A DNA stretch of 54,065 nucleotides from Catajapyx aquilonaris (lineage: Eukaryota): positions 1 to 54,065 of the forward strand of contig JYFJ02002606.1 in NCBI GenBank assembly GCA_000934665.2. The letters are read 5' to 3'. The notes beneath the pieces were generated by a model. The model searched no databases, was not told where the DNA came from, and was given only the letters and a program-made list of their open reading frames with translations. Every line of letters begins with the position of its first letter. The stretch's first letter is position 1. The position numbers and the translations under genes are program-made. This document shows, in pieces, positions 22,552-33,088 of the stretch.

Positions 22552-23346
22552 ATTATATCAAAAACTTTCCCTTCAGTAAAAAAAAGAGAAGTAAGACCTC
22601 CGCGGCGGAATAAAGGTACTGAAACAAGGCAGGCGCACGTAAGACCTTCACCAATTGATTTAAGCTGTACCATAGGTCTTACTCAAGCAATTTCCAATTT
22701 ACTGCTCATGATATCTCCTTTCTGAAAACAAATTTGTGGAATTTCTCTCGTACTACTAGTTACTTCTAACTTAGCAGTACCAGTGTAGTGCAATGGTACT
22801 GCTATAAGTTAGCAGTAACTACAGACCTATAGTTAATAGTAATAATAGTAGTACGACAAAAATTCCACCCATTAATTTTCCATGAGCCACTCCATATTAG
22901 TGTTTTATGAAATTAGGAACTTCAAAAGCACATTGAATTTATATGCGATTAGTGTGAATTATTGCCATGAAACATTCATGCAGAATCGTCACCTCTTTTA
23001 GATGCTGATTTTAACTCTACCGTTTAATTTTTCACATATAAACGTTAATTGGTGAATTTTGGAGGGTCTTTTTCGATTGGACCAAGTCTTAGAATGGGTT
23101 TAGTTTTCCCCCCATTTTTTTCTTTTCATAATAAAATCCTACGTATACTGCTCTGAGTATTAGTCTGCAGCAGTCATTTTACGAGCCGTTCCGTACCGTA
23201 CTTGAGAATTGCTTGAGTAAGACCTATGGTACAGCTTAAATCAATTGGTGAAGGTCTTACGTGCGCCTGCCTTGTTTCAGTACTTTTATTCCGCCGCGGA
23301 GGTCTTACTTCTCTTTTTTTACCGAAGGGAAAGTTTTTGATATAAT
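22552..23346. mobile_element. Non-autonomous DNA element with ~140-bp inverted repeats
   Basis: 22552-22691 (ATTATATCAAAAACTTTCCCTTC...GGTCTTACTCAAGCAATT) is the near-perfect reverse complement of 23207-23346. Internal hairpin at ~22735-22868. TSD not resolved, so the left end may be truncated. Confidence 0.75.
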
Positions 23347-23562
23347 TTCAGTTCTTTTTTGACAGTACACGTAACTTATGCTCTACACTATACAGTCTGC
23401 ACAATGAATGCATTGGAGACGATTTTCGTCGCTTAGAAGTCCCTAAAATTATTTTCACAGAGATAGTCGTAAAAAAACGAAAGTCGAGTGCTATATCAGC
23501 CAACGGTTAGTCTGATTTAATTATTATGAAATAGCCTATACGCTAAAATATACGGAATATAT

Positions 23563-24065
23563 ACATTGAGAACTCTACCAGACGAATTTGCTGAAATCGT
23601 GGTACTTTGCAAGAATTCAATCAATACTTCTCTGCGGCTTGCGTCCGTCACATCTGAAAACTCCCAACCGTACTTAATTTTCGCGAAATGCGATGATTTC
23701 AGCAAATCAGTTCGTCTGGCACGTTACAATAAAATACGCAAGTACATGTCTGCAAAACCTGCGTAACGAACGGACAGTATGTCTGTGTTTGCATGGAAAT
23801 GCCCATGACATGCGTCTTTTCCAATTCCCGGACCCGCGGAAACCAAAACTAGATAACTGTCACCAGTGTCACTTACAACATTATTCGGGGCAACCCTTCA
23901 ATTATCTACATTGAGAACCGTACCAGACGAATTTATTGATATCGTGGAACTTTCCAAGAATTAAATCAATACTATGTGTGGCTTGCCTCTGTCACATCTG
24001 AAAACTCCCAAACTTATTTAATTTTCGCTAAATGCAACGATTGCAGCAAATATTAGTCTGGCACA
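23563..24065. repeat. Diverged ~160-bp direct repeat pair
   Basis: CATTGAGAAC..CCAGACGAATTT..TCACATCTGAAAACTCCCAA..GTCTGGCAC at ~23563-23722 and ~23909-24065. Confidence 0.7.
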
Positions 24066-24209
24066 TTTCTCAAGGTAGATATTCCGCATACTGGAACATA
24101 ATATCATAATTAAATCAGCTTAAGAGTTGGGGCCGGTATTACCTGGCGATGGCGATATAGCAGGGAGCGAACGCCGGATACAACAAACTTCAAGAGACTG
24201 CGGAAAAAG

Positions 24210-24630
24210 TATGTTATAACCGAGGTCTGTTATAGCCGAATCGTCACGCAACGAAAACATAAATTTCTGCTTTCAATGTGGCTGTACTATGCACTACTAG
24301 ACCAAAGTATATAGAATTCTATAGTATACTTTGCTACTAGACTACATACCGATTAATGAAATCTGTCACAAATGCAATATTGGCTCACCCGAAAATTATG
24401 CAGGACCAAAATATCCGAAATTTCCTTCTGCCGTCTCCTTTGTGCATACCTGGAAAACAATATTTTCCCACCGAGGGTCCAAGAAATGGTCTGTTATACC
24501 GGAGGTGAGGTGAAACTGAGTCTGTTATATCAGGAGTGAAAATACACAGCAGTGCCTAATGGAAGCATGCCGGGACGGCCTTTATAACCGAGTCTGTTAT
24601 AGCCGAGGCTGTTATCCGGATTCAACTGTA
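24210..24630. mobile_element. Truncated pogo/Tigger-like MITE (one terminus)
   Basis: Repeated CTGTTATAGCCGA / GTTATAACCGAG motifs and a terminal GTTATCCGGATTCAACTG-TA, typical of Tigger-type ends. The other terminus was not found. Confidence 0.45.
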
Positions 24631-24879
24631 AATCTGGAATAAGTGCAATGCGTTCACACCAGCGGCAGGGTATTTCGATCGCTAATAACAATATGGCTAG
24701 TGGGTAAACAAGAATTGTCGTTTCTCGGTGATGGCTCATGAACAAATGAAGTAATGACAGAAAAAATAAGAGGTAAAAAAATCACAGATCCGATCCTGTA
24801 GCAGTGGGAACTGAGATTTTGAACAGAGATCCGCACCATCCCACTGCACCTGCGGCCCTTTGATGACGAAACCAAATTC

Positions 24880-25160
24880 CGAATAGTTATTTAGCAAAAA
24901 AATTGAGGCGTATTTTTTGGTGGTTTAAAATTTTTTGCGGCGTTTTGAAGAGGAATTAAGTAAAAGTGTAAATGGTAGGAATGCACCTCACGACGGTGGG
25001 CATATGTGTTCAAAATTTGGAAGCTCTACCTACAGCAGGACTTGAGTTATTAGGGCGAATAAAAAAAGCGTAACAACAACAAGAAGAAGAAGAAGATGTT
25101 GAAGAAATTCATTGTTGAAATCTATGCTACGGTCTTACTAAGGGGCTATCGCCCCTTAAA
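24880..25160 (+). mobile_element. Helentron-associated (DINE-1/HINE-like) element, 3' part
   Basis: AAATTTGGAAGCTCTA core, then an (AAC)n(AAG)n microsatellite at ~25070-25096, and a terminal hairpin TAAGGGGC-TATC-GCCCCTTA (25139-25158) followed by AA. Confidence 0.45.
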
Positions 25161-25438
25161 TAGAGAGTGTTGGATGTCGACCTGTTTACTGTCTTATTGA
25201 CCACGGACGTCACGAAGAAGTATTTGAAACAATATCATAATTATATATTGTCACATCTTGACTCTAATCGCAACAATAGTGCATGTTACCTAGCACACAA
25301 TGCAAACAGATTTGTTAGAATAGGAAGACGTATCTGCATCTTCTCTCATTTTTTTTTTACAGTGAATAGACTACTATGTCACGGCTTCAGAAGAAGGTGA
25401 GAATATATAAGCTACTTTAAACTAGTTCCTCCTCCCAG

Positions 25439-25519
25439 CCACCAGAGGCGCTCCCATTGCGCATGCGTAGAGCGGGGGCCAATAGGAATCGACGCAGTAA
25501 CAATATACGGCGGGCCAAT
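25439..25519 (+). promoter_or_regulatory. Promoter-like motif cluster upstream of the orphan ORF
   Basis: CCACCAGAGGCGC (CTCF-like) at 25439, TGCGCATGCGT (NRF1/Ewg-like) at 25458, and two CCAAT boxes at 25479 and 25515, all within 80 bp. Confidence 0.4.
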
Positions 25520-25791
25520 CAGAAGGCATAACCATACAACATGAACCTTAAGATTTTAAGAAGGCGTATATTCAAGCATGATTATAGATTACTAATCATC
25601 ACATAAATAGGTTGTGTGACGGTACATTGATGTCAATTATTTTTAGTCGTCTGCCATGTATAAGTCATCTGGAGACAAGAAGTCTGCTAATAGGGAATGT
25701 CCACTTTGGATGCCCAAAAAGTGGAGACCCACTTTCCCATCGAAAAAATGGAAAGATTTTACGGTAAGCAACAATAATTTCTGGGCATTGT

Positions 25792-26313
25792 TTGAGAGTC
25801 ATTGTTGACACTGTTTGGTTCATCATCAAGGGCTGCTCTGAGACGGAGTTTGCAAAGAAATGGCTGGATGAGATAGACCGTGCTCTTCCTATTGCCTGCA
25901 AGGGTAAGATGGACGGACTGAGGGCTCGACTGTACGAAGATGGAGACTTGGACTGGACCCAATTCTACAAGGACCTAGCAAAGGAGATCAACGAACTGCC
26001 CAAGTGCATAGCGAAAGAACGAAGGAGGATCGCATTGCAGCACAAGCAGTACCTTTACAACATCAAGCTGAACAACAACGTGGTCCTGATCAACGGCATT
26101 CCACAGGCGGCTGAGTCGGTGTTGCACATCGAAGGGGACGACGAGAGTGATGACGACACTCAAACCACTCTCCCCACAACACAGAGCCAGTGGACCCTTT
26201 CGAAGATGACAGACGAAGAGCTCACCGCGGAGTACCTGAGGATCACCCAGCAGGCCATGACGACGACTCTTGATGACGACCCGAGAATGTCCATGGGAAG
26301 CCGACATATATAA
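25792..26313 (+). CDS. Uncharacterised ORF (~170 aa); family not recognised, true start uncertain
   Basis: GC3-rich open frame against an AT-rich background, with helical composition and an acidic/Thr-rich tail. A possible upstream exon (MSTLDAQKVETHFPIEKMERFY, ~25697-25763) ends at a GTAAGC donor. Confidence 0.4.
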   Translation: MRVIVDTVWFIIKGCSETEFAKKWLDEIDRALPIACKGKMDGLRARLYEDGDLDWTQFYKDLAKEINELPKCIAKERRRIALQHKQYLYNIKLNNNVVLINGIPQAAESVLHIEGDDESDDDTQTTLPTTQSQWTLSKMTDEELTAEYLRITQQAMTTTLDDDPRMSMGSRHI

Positions 26314-26385
26314 AGAGAGATGGTGTCATGAAATGGTGTTTTTCATTCACTGAGTCTACAACAATTAGAATTGAAAAAGCAGAGC

Positions 26386-26697
26386 GACCCTCCCATGCCC
26401 CTCAACTTGGCACCAAACACAGCAAACAAAGGGGAATGAAGAAGAAGAATCAAAGGGAATTCCTCTCACTGAAACCACAAACAAAAACGTTCCAAATTCC
26501 GACGCCATCTTGGGTCGAACGGAAATGTCGCGTAGCTGCTATTTAGCAGCCTGCAAGTTAGCAGCTACGCGACATTTCCGTTCGATCCAAGATGGCGTCG
26601 GAATTTGGAACGTTTTTGTTTCAGTGAGAGGAATTCCTTTTGATTCTTCTTCTTCATTCCCCTTTGTTTGCTGTGTTTGGTGCCAAATGGGAGGGTC
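26386..26697. repeat. Fold-back inverted duplication of the ARL14EP 5' end
   Basis: Arms 26386-26541 and 26559-26697 are reverse complements apart from two short indels and a few substitutions; 17-nt spacer. Confidence 0.92.
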
Positions 26698-27379
26698 AAA
26701 GGGAAAGGGGAAGGCGGCCAAGGGGGCCTCATCATCCTCCACTAGTAGTAGCGGGGCTGGTGGTGGAAGCAGCGCTACAGACCGGCCAGGGTCATCAGCA
26801 GCAGAGAAGGGTGCGGCTGGTGGTGCCCTTCAACAGGTCAGCAGGAGACTTGGATTTGTGGTAAAGAGATGGGTTCTAATGTGGCCGTCTCATAGGTGCA
26901 GCAGGGTGTGGCTGGAACGGGGGCCAGGCCGAAGAAGGGGCAGTGGCGGTCCAACAGCAGGCAGACGACGGACCAGGCCAGGACCTTCCTGCACACCTTC
27001 GACCCGAAGAAGAGCAACAGGGAGAGGAGGAAGAAGAACAGGAAGAACTACACCGAGACGTAATAACGAGATCATCACAAGCGCAGGCTGCTGTGCACGC
27101 GCTCACACTTCTCTCTTTATTATTATTCCCATCAGCAGCAAGAGCAGCCAGACTCTGTACGACGAGCAGGGCCTGCTGACCATCGCTGGTGGGATTGACC
27201 TCTGCGACTGCCTGGATGTGACCTGCCCTGGCTGCCACTTCCCCTGCCCCAAGTGCCGCAAGAACAAGTGCGGACACGAGTGCAGGAACAACCGCAAGTG
27301 GATGTATGACCAGATCGAAATTGAAGGGTCGGACAGGGTCATCAAGAATCCCTTCTATGACCTTGTTCACAATAAGTAG
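26687..27379 (+). CDS. ARL14EP: ARL14 effector protein (ARF7EP C-terminal domain), 3 exons, ~185 aa
   Basis: Exons 26687-26836, 26896-27059 and 27136-27379 (the last with a NAGNAG acceptor). Motifs [16 protein letters not shown] and [50 protein letters not shown]. Confidence 0.9.
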   Translation: MGGSKGKGKAAKGASSSSTSSSGAGGGSSATDRPGSSAAEKGAAGGALQQVSRRLGFVVKRWVLMWPSHRCSRVWLERGPGRRRGSGGPTAGRRRTRPGPSCTPSTRRRATGRGGRRTGRTTPRRNNEIITSAGCCARAHTSLFIIIPISSKSSQTLYDEQGLLTIAGGIDLCDCLDVTCPGCHFPCPKCRKNKCGHECRNNRKWMYDQIEIEGSDRVIKNPFYDLVHNK

Positions 27380-28847
27380 TAGCCAATGACCAAGTAGCCC
27401 AGTTGCACCGCACTGCTTATCACAAGTGCCATTGCCATATGTTGATGTTAACGAAAATGATAGAATCCGCAGGGATGCAACGGGACCGCTGGTCTTTTTG
27501 AAAGGGAAAAATTAGGATGAAACGTTTGGAGAAAAATTACGTAGGATAAACATTTGGGACAGAAATTCATAGGACAAAAATTCAGACAAAAATTCATAGG
27601 ATAAAATTTGTTTCAGTTTAATCGTTGGACAAGAGTTTTCATAGGATAAAATGATTCGATTAAAATGTCGGGCACAAATTTTCGTAAGATAAAATTTGTT
27701 TAGGTTTAATCGTTGGACGAGATGTATTCCTGCCAAAAAATTCATTATGCAGTTACAGTATGAAATCGTGAAGTCCGTTCATTGTTATGTAATACTCAGG
27801 GAAATTGCGACGGGTAACACTTGCTAACAGTATTAGCTTCATGATGCGCAGACTGAAATGTGTTGTCAATTAATTAACCAGTCCTGAAGAGAAGGTCAGG
27901 TTAAAACTAGGTGTTAAATATATATTTTTAAGATCTGTCGTCCACTGATTTTGGCCAGTTGGCTTTAAATATATCGCTATTTAGTGAAGCTATTTTCCTT
28001 TTTTCCTTCATAATTTTGGTGCGTAACACTTGTGCAATTATATTTCCACATTTTGGTAAAAATATTGAAGGTCACTGTAGCGAAATTAGACCATTCACGA
28101 CATGAGTATTTTTCTGTGCGATTTGTGTTCAATCTGACTTGTTAACATTGATTATTCGGAATAAAAGTGTGACCATTGAAGTGAATGTTTCGCAATGAAA
28201 CACCCATCCAAATCGCATGTGATGTTCAGTTGGTAAATCGCATAAAATTTTGGGGGTGATTATTTTATTTAAAGAAGCGGACTTATGACATGTAATACTT
28301 TTTTGAATTTTTATTCACATAGCAAACAATTTACAAACAGTTCACCAAAAAAAATTTAACGAGCATGAAGCTTACAGCAGGTTGCTATTTAAGATGCAAT
28401 GAACGAATAATGAGAAACATTAATTACAATTTTGTTAACTGCAGCATTCTTGTTAGTGCAAATCCATTAGATACATTTTAAAAGCTTACGATTTAGTCAT
28501 CGTACGGCAACTAGATTAATTAACCTCGATATCACACCTAGCGCACATTTAATTGCACAAATTTGAAGTTAATTGCTCGTTACTTTCCAACAAGCGGACA
28601 ATACACACCTAGTTGTGATTTGAGTGCAATTTTGCCTTTTATGCTTAGAGATGGGGAAAAATTTAAATTATTAATTTAATTGAATTAAATATTAATTACA
28701 TTTATCAAATAATCCCGATGACAATATTTGCGGCTTAGAGAAGCAAAAAAAAATTAAGATAAAAATTGCCTGATGACACAATATTTTAATTATGATTTTG
28801 ACATTGAAAGTCGGACAAGCTTCAAATTATCATGATTGTATTTTTTT

Positions 28848-30743
28848 TTACAAGACCGCGGCTTTTGAAGTTGAACGAAAATGAACAAGTTCGCAAACAA
28901 AACTTATGATGCAAGATGCCAAAAGGAGCGATAGAAGTACAAACAGACCTTTCATCTGGCGTATATTTAGAGCCATCGAGTACGTGTACAGACGGTTTTC
29001 TTTTCTCGCATCCTTAAGTCCCATCATGAAAAAGGACCGGACGAACTCATCCATGTAATGATCGTATATTCCGGCTTCTGATATGTAAATCTGCATCCTC
29101 GCAATTACAGGACCAATCGGCGAGTACTTAGGCATTGCTATTCCGCATATGATTCGTAATGAGTTGTCATCAGCTATTTCCACAGGAAGCGTTCCTTCTT
29201 TGTCGACCTGCTGGTACGCCATTGCGTTCAGAAGTTCTTCGACCGCCAAGCAACTGAAGTCCTCGTTAATAGACCGCATCAGACACGCCTTCATATCGCC
29301 ACCGTTCTGAAGCTTCGGCTGAATATCATGATGATACGAGACCTCCGAATCGGCTATGAACATGTCCATATAAGGTCTGACCCAATCGAGCGCGCCCCAT
29401 TGCCAATCAGGCCAGTTCACCATCTGTCGTAAGTCGTTCGGTAGCGATTCCATCTGCGGCGACACTAGAAACCCAAAGTACTTGGCCTCGTATCCACAAA
29501 TAATAACGTCGCATGATATCCACCAAAATGCAATTAGTACACGAAGCGTATGAGCTGTCGGTACCAAGTTCGGATTCTCTTCAATTAGAGCGGAAAATAT
29601 GTAGCGGATGGAATACAATGCGGCGGACGGAGGTGGTTTATCGTCGAATGACGTGGCGAATGAACCATGCAGTTTGATGAGTGCTAACAATGTTATGCTG
29701 GTGATCGTTGCGGTTACAAATATTGCGGCCCACATGCCTTTAGTGAACGGCAATGCGATTGAGTAAAATGAGAACAGTCGGCCAGGCGTACGTCTCATGA
29801 ATGTTGTTTGCGCCGTATAAAAATTAAACGGCAAATCCACAACCTGCACAAGACCTACTCGGGACATACCCGAAGCGATGTCAACCTCACGGCGTATCAT
29901 CTGCCCAGCCATACCAGTCCAGTTGCCGTCCGGAAGCGCAATCTCCTGGTTTTTTCCGGGTATCTCCGGAGGCGTGTCGATATGCCAGTCGAAGTTCAGT
30001 TGTCGTCCGGATGCTGCGTACATACGGAGGTACGGATATACCGGAAGTCCACTGTCCAACATGAAGTTGAGCTCGTCTGGCGATGCACCGAGAGGAAACG
30101 AACCGTTCAGATGACGTCCATGGAAATTTAATGTGAAGTCCGGATACAGCTCAAGATTCAAATCCGGGTACTTCCCGCGTCGTACCACCGCCGGATTGCC
30201 TTCGTTGCAATACAGACAATTGTTGCTTATGGTCAACTCTGCGTCCAATGCGAGTTGATACAGAAAGTTGTAATCCGGATGAAGCATCGCCGGTTCCGCA
30301 TTGTTGTCACGACTAATGTACATAAACCGGTCACGTCTCGGGTTCATCCGGACTATACTCGCGACATACCGGATCAGCCGTTCGTAATGTTCGTTACGGT
30401 ACATCAGTACGAACAAGGTGCATTTGCTGAGATGCTGCGATGTTGGTCGTTCCAGCCACGAGAAGTAGTATTCGAAGTCGCCAGGTCCTGTGTTTCGAAA
30501 CGGTTGCGGTTCAGGTGTCGACGATGTCCATTTGACGATGGCTACCGGACCACCGGAGCTGATGTTCATCATGTCATACCGCGGTGTTACGTCTCGATCA
30601 TGAGCAATCACTAATAGACAATCACTTTTCTGGCCGTGCACCATTTGTATAAATGAACCAACATGTTCGTCTTCGTTGATTGATTGTAGATTAATCGCAG
30701 CGACGGCCAATAACAGCAACGACAATGCAACGACACAGTACAT
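28848..30743 (-). CDS. Intronless divergent ionotropic receptor IR-F, 631 aa
   Basis: Signal peptide, CLYCNEG, YPDFTLNFHGRHL, LPDGNWTGMAGQMIRREVDIA, IALPFTKGMWAAI-M1, M3 GYEAKYFGFL, S2, and M4 ending SFVCEL. Confidence 0.88.
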   Translation of the reverse strand: MYCVVALSLLLLAVAAINLQSINEDEHVGSFIQMVHGQKSDCLLVIAHDRDVTPRYDMMNISSGGPVAIVKWTSSTPEPQPFRNTGPGDFEYYFSWLERPTSQHLSKCTLFVLMYRNEHYERLIRYVASIVRMNPRRDRFMYISRDNNAEPAMLHPDYNFLYQLALDAELTISNNCLYCNEGNPAVVRRGKYPDLNLELYPDFTLNFHGRHLNGSFPLGASPDELNFMLDSGLPVYPYLRMYAASGRQLNFDWHIDTPPEIPGKNQEIALPDGNWTGMAGQMIRREVDIASGMSRVGLVQVVDLPFNFYTAQTTFMRRTPGRLFSFYSIALPFTKGMWAAIFVTATITSITLLALIKLHGSFATSFDDKPPPSAALYSIRYIFSALIEENPNLVPTAHTLRVLIAFWWISCDVIICGYEAKYFGFLVSPQMESLPNDLRQMVNWPDWQWGALDWVRPYMDMFIADSEVSYHHDIQPKLQNGGDMKACLMRSINEDFSCLAVEELLNAMAYQQVDKEGTLPVEIADDNSLRIICGIAMPKYSPIGPVIARMQIYISEAGIYDHYMDEFVRSFFMMGLKDARKENRLYTYSMALNIRQMKGLFVLLSLLLASCIISFVCELVHFRSTSKAAVL

Positions 30744-31379
30744 GTTTGCAGGCTACGTACACCCAAGGAAATGTACTGAGTTGTGTAATGAGCGTTTAAC
30801 TTTTGATCTTTACTCATGCAAGTTCCCTTAACAATGAATCGAAATTACAATGTAAGTTTTTCTTTGAAGTGATCGCAGGGTATGAACAATAGTCATGTCA
30901 ATGTGCGGATGACGAGATGGTTCACATCCGCATGTCAGCCGTTTTGCCATTGAATGATTTCAAAGCGAGTACTGTCGAATTAAATATGCTGTTAAATATG
31001 TAACGATAACATTGTCCCATTTTTTTGTGCTGTATAAAATGAGTGTGTAGCAATGTACCTTTTTTCCATTGTTATACTGTATGAGAAAAATATTGATTGA
31101 TTTCGAACCCGGAGTAATTTAGCTCAACATGCGGACTAATAAGCCTTCATTTTACTATGAACGATGCATGTCAAAATGTCATGATTGCGACATGTCGACC
31201 ACATGTCGGATAGCTTCAAACGACATGATAAATGCATTAGGTAACTTGAAAAAAAAAAAAGGCCATTAAATTTAATTGAACACCGATATCAATTTTTGTA
31301 CATTTAATCATAATTATATAAACAATATTCAGGAGTACACCAGCGAGCACAATATTTGTATATAGGACAATTCAAACAA

Positions 31380-32625
31380 TATTATTTACATTCTTGATAA
31401 TAATTTTTTGAACTGAAATATGCTCAACAAAGATGATTACCACAGAGATAATCACTCACTTTTAATTAAATTGCGTCACTTACATACCCTTTTAGGAACA
31501 GAAGGTCCTTCTTTCGGGCATCTCTTACTCCCATGGTCAGACAGGCATACTCGAAGGCCCTCCGTAACCTATTGTGTACACCGGACTCTCTGATGTATTT
31601 TTGCATCCGGCTAATGATCGGCAGGCTGTGCTTCTCAGTCAGGATTGTTCCGACAACAAATATGTCTCTTTCCTGTGCAAATTTTGTGGGCAGGTTACCC
31701 GCCTTGTCCGCAAACTGATAACAACCGGCCACCAGGACGTCGTAAGAAACAATGCAGCAGTGGTCGGAATTGATGGCTTCCAGCACTGCACGTGTTGATG
31801 TCCACGTGATCCGTCATTTCCCTGGCAGCAGATGAAAAGTATTCCAGTCCTGCAAGAGCACCGTAGAAGAACGGTATAAAGAATCCAATCGTACCCCAAG
31901 TCCAGTTCTTGCTGTCCCAGGGAATGGCGGACTACACTGCCAAAGACTACGGAGACCATCCCATCCGGAGTGTACGGTCGGAGCATCGCGTTCCAAGTGT
32001 AGCTCACTCGAGGGGCCCTGGTTGCGAATGAAATTGTGCCAAATCCATGTGGAAAATTGATGGCATTACCAAGCTAAACACTGCTTTTCCGCTGAGGACA
32101 ACTCCTGTTCCTCCGGTGTAGTTTCCATCGGGCAGTGGAACATCACTTTCCCCGTCTTCCAAAGCAACTGATTCCATGTTCCAATCGAAATTGAGGGCCT
32201 CGCAGATAGGAAGGGCGGCCATTACCTCTGGGAACATGGCCAAGTTGTTATCCAGGAAATATTCCAGCTCGTTCTTGCTGAGTTCCACCACGCATGATCC
32301 GTTCAAGAACTTGTTGTTCAGATTCCGGGAATAATCCAGGAATATCTCCAGTCCGGATGGAGTCACTTGTCCTCTTCCGGGGTCGAACCATCCCCGAGTG
32401 ACCACCCCGGGATGACCCCCTTTGCAGAAATGGCAGTTGGAGAGCAGCCTGGCCATCCCCCCTGACGAGGAGGTGTCCACCCCAGTCAGGAAGAGGAACC
32501 TCTCCGTGACCCCGTGCAGCATGACCTCCTCCAGCCCCCTCCCTCCACCATCGCTGACCCACACCACGAACTTGTCCCTTCCCGTCTGGATGGAGACCAG
32601 TCTGGCCACCTGCTCCACCAGTTAC
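31380..32625 (-). pseudogene. Degraded IR paralog of IR-F (IR-G)
   Basis: Fragments in different frames: RDKFVVWV..CHFCKGG..FLDYSRNLNNKFLNGS..LPDGNYTG (32618-32004), and CYQFADKAGNLP..IISRMQKYIRESG (31786-31466). The start/signal peptide and the M1-M3 region are deleted. The upstream block ~32750-32935 matches the IR-F upstream block ~31034-31230. Confidence 0.8.
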
Positions 32626-33088
32626 CTCGGGTCGGATGATGGTGATGTTTGATAACTCGAGGAGAATATTTCGTGACCCAGTTATGCGTACTTCGGTAGT
32701 ATTCGCCGTGACATCAAGCCGAAATTATTAATTCTGCCGAGAACAAGATATAAAATGAGTGTGTAGCAACGTACGCTCTTTTCCATTGTTATACTGTACA
32801 AGAGAAATATTGATTGATTTCGATGCCGGAAGTTGAATCTACATATACGAATAAGCAGTCATTTTACTTTTGACAGATGTCAAAATGTCAAGATTGCGAC
32901 ATGTGATTCATGTCGGATTGCTTCAAACTACATGTAAAAAGCACAATAAGTAGTAACCGTACGCTGTCTATACGTGAACGTGAAAGAATTACCATTACTC
33001 GGGTTTAGAAAATATGGGGAAAAAATTGGCATGTATAAAATTGAACAAATCCGAGATATAAATTCTCGTATGTTTAATACCAGGAAAA

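Noticed and set aside
26510..27379. 289-aa single ORF as ARL14EP
   Set aside because: It reads through the palindrome and two introns; the conserved FDP..S.RE motif is in another frame and is recovered only by the 3-exon model.
27510..27745. Degenerate ATAGGATAAAA repeats as a defined transposon
   Set aside because: No TIR or TSD could be resolved.
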